NCBI RefSeq assembly: GCF_963921235.1
Contig: NC_086101.1
Location: 9,488,001-9,552,000, forward strand
Source of the DNA: Mobula hypostoma
Lineage: Eukaryota
Length of the DNA stretch: 64,000 nucleotides
Reading direction: 5' to 3'
The notes beneath the pieces are model-generated. The model was not told the DNA's origin. It saw only the letters and a list, made by a program, of their open reading frames with translations, and ran no database searches. The position numbers and the translations under genes are program-made. Positions 61,705 through 64,000 of the stretch are shown one piece after another. Numbering within the stretch: the first letter of the stretch is position 1; each line of letters begins with the position of its first letter.

Positions 61705-62170
61705 CAAAGTTCAGTAAAATTCATTGTCAAAGTACCTATTTGTTACCATGTACTACCTTGAAATTCCTTTTCATGCCGGCATTTACAGGGCAATAAAGAA
61801 AGCAATAGAATTTATGAAAACTGTACATAAACAGAGACTGACAATGAATCAATGTGCAAAAGAAGATAAATTGTTCAAATAAAGAAAAATATACTGAGAA
61901 CATTATTTGCAAAGAGTTGTTGAAGGTGAGTCTGTAGGTTGTGGGATTGGTTCAGAGTTGTGGTGAGTGAGTTATCCACACCGGTTCAAGAGCCTGATGG
62001 TTGTAGGGTAACAGCTGTCCATGAACCTGGCGGTGTGGGACCTAAGGGTTCTGTATGTCCTGCTCGATGGGAGTGGAGAGAAGAGAGCATGGTGTGGATG
62101 GTTGGAGTCCTTGATGACGGTCGCTGCTTTCTTGTGGCCAGGCTCCATGTAAATGGGCTCATCGCTGAGG
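61705..62170 (-). mobile_element. Rex1/Babar 3' end
   Basis: KAATVIKDSNHPHHALFSPLPSSRTYR...FMDSCYPTTIRLLN. Confidence 0.7.
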
Positions 62171-62175
62171 ATTAG

Positions 62176-62962
62176 AAAATTTGCAGACGATAGCAAGATT
62201 GGGGGTGTAGTGGACAGCAAGGGAGACTATCAGAGCTTGCTGTGGGATCTGGTCCAGCTGAAATTGGACTGGAAGATGGCAGATGGAATTTAATGTGGAC
62301 AATTGCAAGATGTTGCACTTTGGTAGGACCTACCTGAGTGAGGAGTGCAGTAGAACAAAGAGATCTGGGAATACGGTCCAACATTCATTGAAAGTGGTGT
62401 CTCAGGTTGATCGGGTCGTAAGGAAAGCTTTAGGCGCGTTGGCCTTCATAAACCAAAATATAGATTACAAGAGATGGGATGTTATGTTGAAGTTGTATCA
62501 GATGTTTACGAGGCCTAATTTGGAGTATTGTGTGCAGTTTTTCCTACAGGAAAGATGTTAATAAGGTTGAAAGGGTACAGAAAAAATTGACAAGGATATC
62601 GCTGGGACTGGAGACCCCAAGTTATAAGGAAAGGTTGAAAGACTTTATTCCGTGGAATGTAGAAGATTGAGGGGAAATTTGATAGAGGTAAACAAAAGCC
62701 TGAGTGGTATAGATAGGGTAAATGCAAGCAGGTTTTTTCCACTTTGGTTGGGTGGGATTACAACAAGGTCACTGGTAAGGGTGAAAGGTGGAAAGTTTAA
62801 GGGGAACATGAGGGGACACTTCTTCACTCAGGTTGTGAGAGTGTGGAATGAGCTGCCAGCACAAGAGGTGCATGTGAGCTCAATTTGAAGGTTTAAGAGA
62901 AGTTTGGATAGGTACATGGATGGCAGGCATATGGAGGACTATGGTCCTGGTACAGGTCGATG
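62176..62962 (+). mobile_element. CR1 3' part
   Basis: KFADD, MEFNVDNCKMLHFG, RPNLEYCVQF, FFTQVVRVWNELP. Confidence 0.8.
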
Positions 62963-62974
62963 GGAGGAGGCATT

Positions 62975-63700
62975 TCCAATTCTCTCCCCATCTAAATAGT
63001 AGTCTGCCCGAAATTTCCTCAAAGAATTGTAGTAGGTTTGTCAGGCAGTATTTTCCTTTCAGGAAACGATACTGGTTTTGGCCTACTTTGTCATGTGCCT
63101 CCAGGTACTTCGTAATCTCATCCCTACCTATCCATTCCAACAACTTCCCAACCACTGATGTCAGGCTAACAGGTCTAGTTTCCTTTCTGCTGCCTCCCAC
63201 CCTTCTTAAATAGCAGCGTAACATTTCCAATTTTGCAGTCATCGGGTACAACGGCAGAATCTATCAATTCTTGAAAGAGCATTGTTAATGCCTCCGCATT
63301 CTCTCCAGCTACTTCCTTCAGAACCCGAGGGTGCATTCCATCAGGTCCAGGAGATTTATTCACCCTCAGACCATCAAGCTTCCTGAGAACCTTCTCAGTC
63401 GTAATTTTCACTGCACAAACTTCCTTCCCTGACACTCTTGAATGTTCGGTATACTGCAGATGTTGTCTTCCACTGTGAAGACTGTTGCAATATATGCATT
63501 CAGTTCCTCTGCCATCTCTTCATTTCTCATTACAATATCTCCAGTGTCATTTTGTATTGGTCCTATATCTACCCTCGACTCTCTTTTACCCTTTATATAC
63601 TTTGAAAAAGCTTTTAGTATCTTCTTTGATGTTCATCATAATTCATCTTTTCCTTCTGACTGTCCTTCTTATTTTCCTTCTGCAAGTTTTTAAAACACTT
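62975..63700 (-). mobile_element. CR1 internal fragment
   Basis: KSPGPDGMHPRVLKE, RPVSLTSVVGKLLE; close relative of 37500-38100. Confidence 0.8.
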
Positions 63701-63701
63701 T

Positions 63702-64000
63702 GAACCACTACCGTCAGTAATAGGTACAGGAGCATCAGGACTAGGACTGCCAGACTGGGTGTCAGCCACTTCCCTCAGGCTGTGAGACTAATGAATACCC
63801 TGTCACCACCAAGGTCTTGTCACTGGGACAAAAAGCCATTTGCTGTTCACCTGTGCTGTGGTTTATTGCATGCATTTTGAATTAGATTTTATAAACTTCA
63901 TTGTAATATAATATTTTTGTTAATGTGCTGTGTGTGATATATGTTTTGTGGATGCAGCATGGTCTGGAAGAATGTTATTTTGTTTGATTGTATATATGTA
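63702..64000 (+). mobile_element. Rex1/Babar-type 3' end (runs off the window)
   Basis: aggtacaggagcatcaggactaggactgccagactg...ttccctcaggctgtgagactaatgaat. Confidence 0.55.

Noticed and set aside
1..64000. Prokaryotic-type systems (operons, CRISPR, defence islands)
   Set aside because: The spliced gene and LINE/SINE content show vertebrate DNA; many track ORFs use GTG/TTG starts and are TE fragments

Overview
Eukaryotic, repeat-dominated vertebrate DNA. The repeat families (HE1/V-type SINEs, CR1, Rex1/Babar, Penelope-like) and the TRIM subtype suggest a cartilaginous fish, probably a ray or skate; this is inference. I can reconstruct one host gene: an intact 6-exon + strand TRIM (RING-B-box-coiled-coil-PRY/SPRY; TRIM39-like/A33-like type). 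Its CDS is join(23868..24278,24358..24453,25258..25491,29298..29320,29417..29535,51418..51950) = 1416 nt, 471 aa, all introns GT-AG, with a 21.9 kb TE-filled last intron and IRF/ISRE-type motifs just upstream of the ATG. An orphan 3' fragment of a paralogous PRY/SPRY exon plus about 1 kb of flank lies at 3855-5005. Most of the rest is nested, mostly decayed mobile DNA: CR1, Rex1/Babar, L1/Tx1 ends, Penelope-like elements, SINEs, a solo LTR and a mariner MITE. The most notable hidden signal is about ten dispersed copies of a minimal type-I hammerhead ribozyme motif in the Penelope-like tails. Other leads are diversification of the last SPRY loop, a permuted direct repeat around the SPRY exon, an orphan CpG island and an unexplained coding-like relic. 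I found nothing I can firmly call a new biological system. TE boundaries are approximate unless TSDs or TIRs are stated, and family names come from motif recognition, not database searches.
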